From Catajapyx aquilonaris (lineage: Eukaryota), in contig KZ538435.1 of NCBI GenBank assembly GCA_000934665.2, forward strand, positions 1 through 64,000: a stretch of 64,000 nucleotides of DNA. The letters run 5' to 3'. Position numbers and translations under genes: made by a program. Of the stretch, positions 1-12,793 are shown piece by piece (positions within the stretch are counted from its first letter, which is position 1; the number at the start of each line of letters is the position of its first letter). The notes under the pieces were generated by a model, which was not told the origin of the DNA, did not search any database, and saw only the letters and a program-made list of their open reading frames with translations.

Positions 1-27
1 TTTTTAGGTTCTTTCTCATGAGTTTTA

Positions 28-117
28 TTAGTTCATATGTTGGGTTAGCTTGCATCTCCCTTCATCGCTGACTACCCCTCATAGGGAAATGTCGTGATGT
101 TGTTGTTGTTGTTGTTG
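28..117 (+). mobile_element. 3' end of a non-LTR retroelement with (TTG)n tail
   Basis: About 70 bp plus (TTG)n is nearly identical to 17511-17604, where the copy has a TSD. Confidence 0.7.
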
Positions 118-464
118 CATTCCCCAAGGACAAATACTTGTATAATGATAAAATCCACTTACGCCGACATTAGGGAAATAAGACTGGAAGTAGTTTCTCT
201 CATTCCGAGTAATATCTTCAGGCTTATTAACTTATTGAGCAGGCTTAGATTCGTCCTTCCGGCCATCAGACTCATCAGATCTGGATAGTTTGTCACGACT
301 TTTTTCATAATTGACATATTGTGGAGCACACAATATGTCAAAGTTGTCATACACAGCAGGCGAAGAAAATATCTTTCACACGAGGTACTTCCAGTATACA
401 TGAAGGTGATCTAACAGGTGGATGTTGCTCATCGCCAGGGTTAGCACACTTTATTCAGCTACTC

Positions 465-795
465 AAGGGGAGGCGAAGTGGTGCTGCGGAAACGTACGCA
501 CCCACTGATGTTAAGGTTCCGATATCAAATCCCGCCCGGGGACACCCCCTTCATCTCGTCCAGAGTTCAGGATCACCTCTGGTTTCGTCTCGGGTGGTAT
601 TTCCAACAGACTAAACCACCCGGGGGAGTTCACTAAAAATGGCCACAGCGTCAGATGCACTGCACCTTGCACATCTCCTCCTGTCATCCTGCCCGTGGGC
701 CCGGGGGTTTCAAATGAATAGGCACCAAATGTACCTCAATAAATAAAGGTCCGTGCGATATGCCCCCATGTGGTGGCGAAAGCACATTACCCTAA

Positions 796-845
<50 letters not shown>
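465..845 (+). mobile_element. tRNA-derived SINE, head A + tail type 1, full length
   Basis: A-box-like TGGTGCTGCGG, degenerate B box, (ATT)n tail, 14-bp TSD TTATTCAGCTACTC at 451-464 and 846-859; homologous copies at 17.4, 27.3, 50.5 and 63.2 kb. Confidence 0.9.
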
Positions 846-853
<8 letters not shown>

Positions 854-2901
854 CTACTCTCCCACAGGCTAATCTCTCCAAGTGTGAGCCATTTTGCGCG
901 ATATTAACCATTCCTCGGCGTAGCTAAAATGATGAAAATGATGGAAATGATGTAAGTCAGGTAAAACCATATTTTTAAAGGTCAGGTTGAGTCAATAATT
1001 TGACCATGACATTAAGGCCCGTGTCCAACTGGAAACCTTAGATTGGAGATAGTGAAAAGCTATTTTCTTTGCTAATTTCAGTAAATTCAGGATGGAAAAC
1101 ATGGGTAATATTTAAAGTGCTGTAAATATTGGGCAAGTCTTCAGATGACGCTCCACTGATATATTCATTGATAAATATACCAGGGATGCCCTGAATGTAT
1201 TACCGAATTACTTCATCTTCATAGAAATTAGTCCTTTTGCATAATAATTATGTCTAATAATATAATAGGCCTTGTGATATCAGACAAACTGTAACTGCAA
1301 GGATTCGGAAGACTTTTAGGCTGCTTATACATCTGGGCATAGCGAGCTGTGTGAAACAAACTAGACATTTTCAGATATGTTCTATCAAGCACATCAGGTT
1401 CATGTACTGTGGCTACACGATAACTTTGGGCCTGACAATAATAATAATCACAAGTGGGAGTAAGCCCCACTCTTTGCCACTTGTTATATTTCCGTTATTC
1501 CAGCCCTATACGAAAGCGTATGTTTAAAAAATCTTCCGGCGAAGTCGCCAGATGATTGACAGAGTTATCATGTAGCTTACTGTATACCTGTACTGGGTCA
1601 GACAAAGCTTACAAAGTCATTGCATGTACAGTACCGTATGCCAGACGCAGGCATATGGGGAAATTAGTAATCATGACTATGTGAAGCATATACTGTAGTC
1701 CCTTCTGGTGTAAATGCGCCTATACGTTTTGGGGAAATATCAGCATTTTAATCTAAGGGTTAATGAAAAGATTATAATATTGAGTCACAATCACATTTAA
1801 ACATAGTAGCCTACATAAAACAAAACAAAATTGAAAGCCGTTGAAAGCACGTGATCTTCATATATATATATTTTTCTTAATATGATTGAATGGTCATGTT
1901 GGTTAGTCCAAAAGAAATTTAAACTAGCTTACAAAATGCTAGCAAGTAACATAGGAAATGATTAGGACACCTCTTTTGCTTGGCCCACTACGTTTCTTGG
2001 TGCCGACGGTGCTTATGATGCACTGTATACAAGAAAAGTGACAGAGATGGAAACCAGAGAGAGACACCTGAGATATTGGGGTAAAAGTGTTTCAATATTT
2101 TCAAGGTTCGAATGGTCTTCTAAATCTGAAATGATTTTTATTGAAATTTTAGGGCATTGGTATATGAAATGGTAAGTTATATTTTGAGTCTTATATTGTT
2201 CACTACCACTGATAGTTAATCACCTAATGATTTAGCAATACTTTTTGCACCATGTGTCAACCCTTCAATATGGGGCATTGCAATCATCAAGTTCATCATA
2301 TCAGATTTAGCTTTAGTTCATGGAAAAACTGAGCATCATCTGCCAATTCCATAAAAATTAAAATTAAATTATCTCAGATTTCTGGCACCTTCTTTGGAAA
2401 CTTGTATTTACAAATTCGCATAGCTTTGACCGCATTGTCTCATCTCTCTGCATTGTATACCTGGCTTTCAGTTCCAGCAGCTCACACTTTTTAGTAAGTA
2501 GGCCTACTGTATTACCAAGCATTATTTGCACCAAAAACCAAGCAAAATAGGTCTCCTCAGATTACCTAGGTATTGCTTGGTAACTTTTTTTGCATAGAAG
2601 TTTTCCATCAGGAATACGCGTAAGAGGAGAGGCGGAGTGGCGCAACGGTAACTCGACGATTCCCGTGAACTTCATTCAGATCGTTTCCATTAACCCTTTG
2701 ACGCCTACGTGCATCATATGATGATCTGAGCGTTTTAAAATCTGACGGCAGTGTTCGCATGCAGAAGTCAAAGTTTGCGGGTCAAACTCCTGCCATCTAG
2801 TGGATGGTGACTCAGCACCCACAAAGTCGGATTGCCATATTTAGCTCGCGCGCTTGAAAAGTAAACCACCTCCCGGTTAATGTAAAAATACGGCGTAATT
2901 A

Positions 2902-3600
2902 CAGAGTGTCCCATAAGTCTGGACTCTTAGGAATTTCTCGTAGTATACTATTCCAAGAGAACTGAAGCAGCCCACCAATCTCAACTGGATACAGAGACAG
3001 TGGTGCGACGTCTTCTGGAGTACTGGTTAGAACGAATCGAAGTGTCTGATGTTTGGAACTGATGGAATAGCCTACGTTCATTGTCCCAAAGGCGACCAAT
3101 TCGATCTCAAGCACTAGATGCTGACCGACAGGCAAGGTGGAGGATCCATGATAGTCTGATGGGGCTGCTTCAGCTCTCTTGGAATCGATCTCCTGCACCA
3201 AATTGTAGGTATCTTGACCAATGACAAGGAGGTGTGCAGGGATAGCCTCCAAGAAGTCATGTGGCCATATGCAAGAAGTGTTTTTGGCCAATCTCTACTG
3301 TACCAACATGACAACTACCCAAAGCACTCCTCCGCGCTCGTCCGCACTAGTAGCGTGTGTCCATAATGGACTGGCCAAGCTGATCTCCGGCTCTGGACCC
3401 CAATCCGATCGAGCACTTATGGGAGGATCTGGGATGTCATCTGCAGAACAAAAGAGCATCCAGTACCACGGATAATTAGTACAAGCAACTGGCGGTAGAG
3501 AGGAAGAAGATCCCACAATCGGTGTTGGACAGGTTGGTCGCCTCAATGCCTCGCAGATGTCGAACTGTCATTGACGCCAAGGGTTACCAGACCAAGTACA
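2902..3600 (+). pseudogene. Decayed Tc1-family DDE transposase (Tc1 element remnant)
   Basis: Frameshifted motifs ESKCLMFGTDG, QGGGSMIV/WGCFS, NPIEHLWEDL and SMPRRCRTVIDAKGYQTKY; begins TA|CAGAGTGTCCCATAAG. Confidence 0.85.
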
Positions 3601-3701
3601 AGATGTGAGTGATTAGCTTGTGAAGTTTTGTATATCTCGAGAACTGTGCCTCGCAGCACAATTCTAAGTACAGATATGGAATCAGCGTAGGAAGTAATAT
3701 A

Positions 3702-4040
3702 AATAACAATAAATAATAAATTGTGGGTAATGCTTTCACCCCTTACGGGGTATATCGCATGAACCTTTATTTTCCAGTTTTTCTCTTAACTTCACTCCGG
3801 TGCAAGGAATCAAGGAGATTGGGTAAGGATAGGGATTTTCGGGGAGGGAACTTGGGTGCAAGTGCATTGTCTGAAAATGGGTCATGTGCTGTTCCCCAGG
3901 AGGTTCGGTTGCCAGACACCTCCAAGGTGCAGGTCAGGGACCCTCCTGACGCAGGTGAAAGGAAAGTTCCCCAGGCGGGGATCGAACCTGGGGCCTGTCA
4001 CTCAGCCGAGACGTTACCATCTCGGCCACCACACCTCCCC
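3702..4040 (-). mobile_element. tRNA-derived SINE, head B + tail type 1
   Basis: TGGCCGAGATGG A box, GGTTCGATCCC B box, AT-rich tail; TSD TAGGAAGTA(A/C)TATA at 3688-3701 and 4041-4054. Confidence 0.9.
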
Positions 4041-5607
4041 TAGGAAGTACTATAGGAATCACTATTCATATAATTATTCAGAAAGAACACAAAAGTCTTA
4101 TTTTGTAGAACAGTGAAATTAGTGGTGTGTCTGCAAAACATATATTATTATATATATTATTTTCTGGAGAACCATGCATGACCCAGGCCTCAAACTTAAC
4201 ATACTGAACCTTGTGTCGGTCACAACTAGTGTCACCAAATACAATCGATGTAACGCAAATACATCACTAATTGTCGGGGTCCTAATATTCTTGGGCACGT
4301 GTCAGAACAAGAGACGAATGAAATGTAAAGATAAATTTGTTACATTTTAGAGAGAACCTCATTCCATAGGCGCATTCACCTGGTGTTTCCCTTTCTTTTC
4401 ATATATGTTCATTGGATTTTGACCAATTCCACTAACCGGAAAAAATTCTCCAAAAAAGGTCTAATTTTCGGCCATTTACAAAGTTTATCGATTTTTTCCC
4501 CTCCCATGGTATTGCCCAATGGGACTGAAACTTATTACGCATCATTATGGCATATGTCTCTGCATCTGTGATTATTTTCACCAAGATCCGAGATGAGGTA
4601 AAAACATTTCGGCTCACTTGATTCGAAAAGACCCCTAGTACACCGGTCCAAACTTTAAAACGATATATCTCAAAAACTAGAGCTTATTGAGCAAACCTGA
4701 TGCCGGTTTTGGAAGCAGCACCACAGAAATGATATAACCTCAAGTCCGTCTAACCTTCAAGGCACGAAAAACAATTCCATTTTGTTACCCTGTGTATTGC
4801 TCCAAATAAATGACTTTATTTTTGCATTATGAATGCTGGGTAGGCCTAATGCCTGTAATGCCTGGGTACTGGTAAGTTTTTGGGGAATCACCCATATAAT
4901 AAATTATAACAATATAATATTCTTGCACCTACATGCTGCCGCCTTACAAGATTATCATGCTTCTAATCTGGTAAATGCTGAGGTGTTACCGACGATGATT
5001 TGAAACGTGATAGTAGATACTGCGACAATAATGAAATCGAATTCAACTGACGAATACTCGTACATAGTTGTTCGTGCAGAAGAAGGATTTTCCCTCTTAA
5101 GTTAGGTTGACTGCAGTGCCAAACACCACAGGAGTTCATAAGTATTACACTCGTTTTTGGGCTAGATTAAATAGCAACTGTTCCCGTTGCTTCAAAATCG
5201 GGGTATTTCCATGCACAACTCACATTTTGGCGCAACCTGTGTACCGTCCGAATTTTCAGAAGCCCTTTGCAAAACTATAACTCGGAACTTTTCTAACTCT
5301 CGGTTCCATTTCTGTGCAGAATCGCATCACAGCAGGGCTATAAATTCTGCATAAAACGTAGGCCTTTTAAAAATGTGACTAACGTCGCAGTCTAGATAAT
5401 TATATAGTACAGCAGTTGGAAATGTTTTTTTCTTTGGAGAGAAAGCTAAGCAGTGTATTTCAGCACTGACAAGTAAGTTCACATTCCTATCTGTGGAAGT
5501 GTTGTCAACACTCTCCCTCTTAAACGTGCTTTCCAATGGTGCGCGCCATATGAAACCTACAGGCACACTAAAAGATGAGTCGACAACAGCTAGTGAAAAT
5601 GACTACT

Positions 5608-5870
5608 TTTTTTTAAACCCCGTGATAGGGCGGAGCCCTTGTAGGGGGGAAGGGGAGGTTCCCAAGGGAGGGCGCTGTAATTATAGTCATTTCTGACCAT
5701 CTGAAATACACCAGACCTTTTCTCCTGGCCCTGGGCAGAGTAGGGAGTGCAATTCTGCCCCGGAATGCTGTCGGGAGAAAAGCGGAAAAAGACCCGGCCA
5801 AGCAGATTTGAACCCCGGCCTCCCGCTTGGCTGGCCAGTGGCGTAACCACCAGACCACCACGCCTCCCTC
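5608..5870 (-). mobile_element. tRNA-derived SINE, head C + tail type 2
   Basis: TGGTCTGGTGG and GGTTCAAATC boxes, poly(A) end, TSD ATGACTACT at 5599-5607 and 5871-5879. Confidence 0.85.
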
Positions 5871-7071
5871 ATGACTACTAATATCATTGTTCTTTTGTAG
5901 GGAAATGTGATGAAGACATTGTCGTCTTTGTTGTATGAAGCGACTGTTTCAGCCTTGTGGAAACTAGTGGGCTTGAATTTCTCCAGTGTTTGTGTACACT
6001 TACATAATATTGTCAAGCACTTGATAGCTATACATACTGATTATCTGCATTGTTCTCCTCATCCATTCTGCCCAGCAATTATTGCTTTTGTGCCACACTA
6101 TAGAATACTGTAGCAAACGAACGACTCTTTCGACCCTTTGCGTATAGAGTCCTCATTATTAGATAGCTGCCTGCCGGTTGTCACTATGTCGACTGCTAAA
6201 CAGTAGCCAGCCTGCCTCAAGTTACCCCTGCGGCCAGCAACAATCAGACACTGCAACTGGAAATCAAACCCAGAACATTGTGCTCCCGAATTCGTTTCAT
6301 TTGCCCAAAGGATACTCTTTCTGGCAAAGCCTGCAATGGCAAAGGCAGACATCTATCATTAAAGTGGAGGTCATTGCATAGCCCTCTCCTACCACCATTC
6401 ACTTTACTGCACGTTATACACAGTCAATTCGGAACAAAAAAAAGAGAGGAAAGAGAGAACAACAGGGCCGCAAATCCGCTGGGATTATTTGATTACTCTC
6501 CTGCGGCTTCACTCGCACTTTCCAAACTGCGTGCCCTAATATATTCCCATTTTCGCAGCAGTTTCATGTTGGAAAAAGCCTCGGTCTGTGTGGAGGGTGT
6601 GGCCAAAGGACTTTGTGCTTCTGGCACATTTGTAAGGTCGTAACAGCGAACACTCGTAAACTCAGAGGCATTACGAGACCGCTATATGTTTTCTTCAGCT
6701 GAACAAAAAAGATGGGGGAGGGGGAGAGGGGGGGGGGAGAGAAAAAACCGCTCAAATGATGCCGCATGCAGACCTATGATTGCAACGGAACGTTAACCTG
6801 AGAGATGAGAAATGCTCCCGCGACGCCATAAAACGGCGGACGTTTTTGTGCATTGTTACTAAACAGCTAAAAACCACCAAACTTTGAATCCCTAACGATG
6901 GAACATTATTTATCCGCGCCACATGCCTCTTTAGTTAACTATTTCTTTGGTCGCCCAGATTTTTTACTACGTATAATATACACTGTGCGTCTGTAATACA
7001 TTTTCACTTGTATGTTATACAACAAAAGCTTCCCCGACTGGTACTAGAAGTATATGATCAAAAGCCATGCA

Positions 7072-7358
7072 CCGAAGCAGGTTGGCATAGTGGATAAGGC
7101 GTCCGACTGCTAATCGGGAGGTCCTGGGTTCGAATCCCGGGGCCGGCAACTCTGACCGTGGTTTTCTGTGGTTTCCCACGGTCCTTCCAGGGAAATTCCG
7201 GAGTTGCTTCCGTAATTAATAGGCCACAGCCGCTTCCTTCCGTCCCTATCCTATCCCAATGAGCATAGTAAAATGAAAGCAAAGAATTCCAGCCAAAACA
7301 AACTTCCCCCCTAAAGAGCCGATGGCTGATAACGGGGTATGAATTTATTTATTATTAT
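7072..7358 (+). mobile_element. tRNA-derived SINE, head D (Ser-GCT-like anticodon arm) + tail type 2-like
   Basis: TGGCATAGTGG, CCGA-CTGCTAA-TCGG arm, GGTTCGAATCC; (ATT)n tail; 19-bp perfect TSD TATGATCAAAAGCCATGCA at 7053-7071 and 7359-7377. Confidence 0.92.
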
Positions 7359-7509
7359 TATGATCAAAAGCCATGCAGTTTTAAAAATTGTAAATAAATT
7401 CAGTAATTCCCAGAATATGCTTCAAAATATTCAACTTACCAAAAATTACAGTTGAAAGTATAGAAGGTTATGACTCATTTAAATACTTAATACTAGTTAA
7501 ATTCGTGTG

Positions 7510-7849
7510 GGGGGAGGTGTAGATGGCCATCTTGCTGAGTGAAAGACCCCAGGTTCGATCCCCGCCTGGGAAACTTCCTTTCACCTGCGTCAGGAGGGTC
7601 TCTGACCTGCACCTTGGAGGTGTCTGGCAACCTAACCTCCTGGCACCTCCTGGGGAACAGCACATGATCCCTTTACAGACCCTGCACTTGCACCACATGT
7701 TCCCTCCTCAAAAAATCCCTATCCTTACCTAATGTCCTTGTTTCCCTGCACCGGAGATTGAAGGAAAGAAGTACTCAGTACTAGAAAACTGATGGTGGTG
7801 TGCCACCCCCCTAAAAAGGCTCCGCCTTATCACGGGGTAACGTAAAAAA
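7510..7849 (+). mobile_element. tRNA-derived SINE, head B + tail type 2
   Basis: Homologous to 3702-4040 and 44562-44960; poly(A) end; probable TSD AAAT(T/G)CGTGTG. Confidence 0.88.
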
Positions 7850-7851
7850 AA

Positions 7852-7992
7852 ATGCGTGTGTGGGGGTGCTTGGTGAAATATATTGGGAGGAATGTCATCG
7901 GAAGTTTACAAATCGTTGAAAGGAAGATGAACTCACCAAAATACCAGGCCTTCATGACGAAGAAGAGTCTTCTACCTTCGATTCCCAAGCTG
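7852..7992 (+). pseudogene. Tc1 transposase fragment
   Basis: MRVWGC...IGSLQIVERKMNSPKYQ...LLPSIPKL matches the Tc1 'MVWGCF..GVG.L..V.G.MN...Y....LLPS' segment. Confidence 0.65.
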
Positions 7993-8222
7993 AGTCACAT
8001 TCATTTATACCAAGGATTTGGAAAATGTTTTATGATTTAATTACATAAAGAACTAAGGCTTCATAATAACTTTGTCTTAGTAATACCGTATGTATAGCAT
8101 TTGAAGTGCCGAATATCCCCATGTATACAGACGGTATATTAGTCATCATGCATCCAGAAACACACAAGTTACTAACTCTCTCCACACTTGACCAATGTTG
8201 ATAAACTTGCAGTTTGAGAATT

Positions 8223-8471
8223 GAAGGGGTCGGTGCAATACTGCCCTAACCCTCCCAAACCTGATTTTGAGAAAACTGCGGTTGAAAGTTTGAGCGGCCA
8301 TATACATCCCATATACCATGTGACTTATTTCATTTGATTTCTCAGTGACCGATGGCAGAAACTGCACAATTTCAATGGATTTTATTAGATACATGAGTGT
8401 AGTACATGGAAGTGTGCTTAACTCAATTTGTGTCATTTGGTGGGTTAGGGCGGTATTGCACCGACCCCTTC
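8223..8471. mobile_element. MITE with about 30-bp TIRs and AATT TSD (Sola1-like)
   Basis: GAAGGGGTCGGTGCAATACTGCCCTAACCC ... GGGTTAGGGCGGTATTGCACCGACCCCTTC, flanked by AATT on both sides. Confidence 0.8.
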
Positions 8472-9400
8472 AATTAGTTAACATCGGTTAGTAAACGGCA
8501 TTTTATCATCATTTAGGAAGAGGAAGAAGTCACCGCACAACTTGAAACAGCCCCGTTGTGATGTAGGAAGAAAAGACACCCACCCATTGCCGTCGATTTT
8601 GCCACAGTGTAAGTGCAATAACTGTACAGAGGCTATGTGCTATATAAAAAGAAACCAATACCGGTCCTTTTCCGACAGCGAACGTCAAAATTAATATTCC
8701 TCTGTCAAGAAAATGTACGGACTTGTCCCGCTTCATTTTACAAAGTAGGGCCATTATACAATGTACAGAATAACAAACCAGGGTTTAAATGCAATATTCT
8801 ATAGGCTACTTACATTACCTGTAAAATGTCATTTTTGACACCTGCCTCTTTCCCTCCCGGCTTCCTTCTTATCAGGATTATTTTCTGTTATCCGGAGACT
8901 TCTCCATCCAGCTTAGTTCGGATAATGCACTGCCTGGAGCTTTGAAAACGTCAGTGACTTTCCTTCACTTTTCTTACTACACATTGCAAGAGCCTTGGCA
9001 AGAGCAGAATCATCCTGTCAGGATCCGTCATTTTTCCATGAACCCGTAGGCCAGCAGGTGAATTCCCTTTACCCCGATTGCTTACCATGCTTTCATTGTT
9101 GGCGCAGATGACGTCACAAGTGACTCCCAGTGGTCGAGGCGAGAAGAATATTATATTCTTCCATTTTTTGCCGGGATTTTTAATTTGAGCAAACGGCATC
9201 TTCATAGCCATGCATGCGCATGGATGTCACTTTTCGGACAAACTATAGGGACCCATATACTGTATATACCGTATTATACAGTATACACACATTTTGATTA
9301 TCTTGTCAATAGGAGCCTCCACATGATAGATTTTGTCTCTGTACTGATCACCATATTATTGCATATAGATTGCACCAAATACAATGTAATATACGACTAA

Positions 9401-9471
9401 GGGCCAGTTGCACCGGCCTCAGTATAACTTAGAACCTCGGGTATAACAAGAATTGCCATAGCAACTGGCCC
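9401..9471. mobile_element. 71-bp PIF/Harbinger-type mini-MITE
   Basis: Perfect 11-bp TIR GGGCCAGTTGC/GCAACTGGCCC with TAA TSD on both sides. Confidence 0.7.
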
Positions 9472-9549
9472 TAAGAAACAGAAGAAGAAGAAAAGTGAAA
9501 TGAATTTTCTCCTATAGGTTTTTCATGAGTTGTGAACAGGAGGGTTATA

Positions 9550-10673
9550 CAGGGTGATTCTCCCGAATGGAAACCCAAAAATTCCTCAATAACTTTTTTA
9601 TTCTTGTATGGTTTTCAATGAAAAGTATTTACCTTGTATAATGCCAAGCAAGGTCTGTCTATAGAGAATATGCTGAATATGGTCCCCTCCAGCATCCATA
9701 AATTTTTGAATGCGAGTCCGCATATTGGCGTATATACAGGGGTTAGACCAAATAATGGGGCCATCTGCAAAAAGCGGGTGAATTTTCTCCTCCATTGTAC
9801 TCTAAAACTGGAACCTTTACTAATTTTTGAAGGCCTGTCGATGTGCATTTACAGAGATGAAGATGACACAAAAATTACAATAGGAGGGGGAGAAACAAAA
9901 GACGAACGCTACCCCCCACACCCTATTTTTGACCAAAGTGTCCACCACGTTCATTTGAAAACGAAAACAGTTACAGATATGAACTTTACTTGGTTTTGAA
10001 TCGATGTCAATCGATGTCACTTTGTGTGGTATAGAGATGGACCAAAATTACCGAGAGGGTCGAGGGGTAAATAGAAACGACATCCCCTTCCCTGGCACTA
10101 AATCCGAGAAGAGGTTGAACAAAATAATGTATAATAAGTTTGGGTCGAATTTTCGTCCCACTGCTACTTACTACCTCAGGTTACTACTAACATACCAGTA
10201 GCATATTTGGCACTGGTACTGCTAAGTTATCATTAACTAGCAGTGGGGCGAAAGTTTTCCGTTGTTTGCATTCAAGAAGGGGGTGACGTTTCTACTCTTT
10301 TCGCCTCTCCCTGTCGGTAATTTTGGTCCATCTCTATACTGTACAAAGTGACATATCTATAGAGTTCAAAATCCAGTAAAGTTAATATCTGTAAATGTTT
10401 TCGTTTTCAAATGAAAAGGGTGGGACACTGGTCAAAAGTGGGGTCTCAACCGGCTGCCCCGCTCCCCTCTGGATGGGCCTATATACGCCAATATGCAGAC
10501 TCACATTCAAAAATTCTTGGATGCTGGAGAGGACAATTTCCAGCATATGCTTCAGGCAGACCTTGTTTGACATCATACAAGGTAATCGCACATGTCAATT
10601 TTCATTGAGAACCATACAATAATTAAAAAGTTATTGAATAAAGTTTGGGTTTCCATTCCTGAGAATCACCTTG
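9550..10673. mobile_element. Non-autonomous Tc1/mariner element, largely palindromic
   Basis: TA|CAGGGTGATTCTC ... GAGAATCACCTTG|TA; the arms stay imperfectly inverted for several hundred bp. Confidence 0.9.
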
Positions 10674-11852
10674 TATATTTCAATATTACAATATTACAAC
10701 TTTAAAATGCGAAGAGGAGAGTTTGGAAGGCGGTGGTATTTTTAACTTCAATTTTCGAACAAGCTCCCAATTTTTCGAGTCCCGTATTATTTGCGCAAAT
10801 TGATATTTAATGAAATCAATGATGAGGCAAAGCTGGTGGCAGAATGTGGCTACCCTTCATGCGGGGTATTACTGCACAATGGGCCAACATGACTGAAAAC
10901 AAACCATATTATGAAATATCCCTTTTAGCAAAAAAAAACTTAGGGTTTTTAAAATTTGGCATGCTATACCATTGTTTCAAAAGTGAAATAAACCTATCAA
11001 CATCTTTAGACAGCCTCTTGGGGCCGTTTGAAAGTTGAAACATGGCCAATTCGTGAATTTCGAACCACCCATTTTGCAGTTCATGTGTCTGATATTTCTA
11101 AATACGAACCCCACTGAAAAGTACAATGCACAGCGACAATGTCAATAATGGATGATATCCCTCTTTAATTAGGAAAAAGTGAACCTTTCAGTTCACGGTT
11201 TCGGTCCTTCGTATTATTTTCATCCTCTCGTCTATATAAAATTGCAGCGAGTCTTATAGGGTGATTGGCTCCCTGATTCCATATTGTAATGTGCCCGTTG
11301 CTAAGAAATAGCCAATTCATTAATCCCATGACACAATTTATATAAGTAGGAAGCAAAATTTGTAGGGATCATTTCCCACGAGTGTTTAGATGCCTAGGGT
11401 GCGCACCATACTCGATTTCATCGTTGAGGTAAGCCCAGCATGCGTATTACCAGCACAATGTTATAGCACGTAGTTGTGGCTATCAAAATGGTGAAATATG
11501 CCTATTTGTGGGGAGAGGATGTAAAACTTATGATTATGTATACAGTATACCCATATAGGAAGAATAGTAGAAGCAATGATTGGCTTATACGTATGTATAT
11601 AAAGGTCTCATACACCATGCAGGTTCTTTCAGTTTTTGTTCTTTTTACCCATAGAGCAGGGGGTTTACCTGGACTGGGGAATACTGCCACGAGGAATTTT
11701 TATAAAAATTTCCGAAATGTCTGCGTGGAAATGCGTGTTGAAATGCGCTGTCACTTATATTAAGTGATACTTTGAGTGATACTCTCAAATTGAAATGCTG
11801 AACTAAGACCGCTATTTTGTCCGAGCAGGGTGAAACTATCGTGAAAGATGCA

Positions 11853-12230
11853 ATGAACCCTGAGGGCAAGGTGGAGGAGATGATTAAAATGAGCATCCAA
11901 GTACCAGTATGCAAGTATGTAACCCCCGACATTGATATCCAGGACCTGTTCAAGAAGGTGTTAGAAGACGCCACACCCACTAAAAAGAAAGTCGAGACCA
12001 ACCCAAAGAAGCCATGTTGCGTACACCTATTCAGAGAGATGGACGTGGAGGAGGCCCAGGAGGATCAGGGCATCAAGGGGACTGCCCAGCAGGGTCAGAG
12101 AAAGGGGACTGCCCAGCGTGGTCAGAGAAAGGGGACTGCCCAGCAAGGTCTGGGCAAGGGGACTGCCCATCTACCGGGAGCCAAGTGTTGCTCAACTGAT
12201 CGGGAATACTGGAATCGCATGCTGCCCTAG
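11853..12230 (+). CDS. Orphan ORF (125 aa from ATG) with 9-aa KGTAQxGxx repeats; candidate gene or pseudogene
   Basis: Among the longest ORFs in the window with protein-like composition; TATATAAA at 11596-11603, AATAAA at 12338-12343; no family recognised. Confidence 0.4.
   Translation: MNPEGKVEEMIKMSIQVPVCKYVTPDIDIQDLFKKVLEDATPTKKKVETNPKKPCCVHLFREMDVEEAQEDQGIKGTAQQGQRKGTAQRGQRKGTAQQGLGKGTAHLPGAKCCSTDREYWNRMLP
12075..12170 (+). repeat. 27-bp tandem repeat, 3.5 copies
   Basis: AAGGGGACTGCCCAGCnnGGTCnGnGn units at 12075, 12102, 12129 and 12156. Confidence 0.95.
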
Positions 12231-12793
12231 GTCCGCTGTCTAGAAACACGACGCTTCCCCTGCCGTACGTGCAGAGGAGAAGTATTACAGCTCGACAACT
12301 GTGGGGAAATCTCAAGTAGCTATTTCATAAATCGGACAATAAAAAATGATAGTTACCACAAAATATGTTTTTATCCATGTTGAGTGGGCCTGATTATTCA
12401 GTATTGCACATTTTCAGTAGGAATAGCCGGCATACTGTCGCGCATTTATCAACTGAGGGCTAGCCTACCATTGAAGATTGGACGTCGTGTTATTTGACCT
12501 TGACCATATTACGCCATAATATATTGTCACACCCATTCCTTTCTCTCATTAATAAGCATTAAGCAATATACCTGACAGGAACTACGTTATGAATAGCCTG
12601 TACACAGTGCCGGATTACCAAATAGGCCTAGTAGTCACCGGCCTATGGGCCCCACGCCTTTTAGGGGCCCCGCGACAACAGATGAAAATAACATTGATTT
12701 GATATTGAAAGACAATTACAATCCATCATTCTTAAATATTGTTTCCAGAAGATAGAAAAAAGTCAACTCAAAGAAATGACAATTTTACATTAA

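Noticed and set aside
1000..1763. Possible piggyBac remnant ending AGGG|TTAA
   Set aside because: Only faint motif hints and no matching left end.
7076..7148. Apparent tRNA-Ser(GCT) gene
   Set aside because: The acceptor stem is mismatched, the long variable arm is absent, and it is the head of a TSD-flanked SINE.
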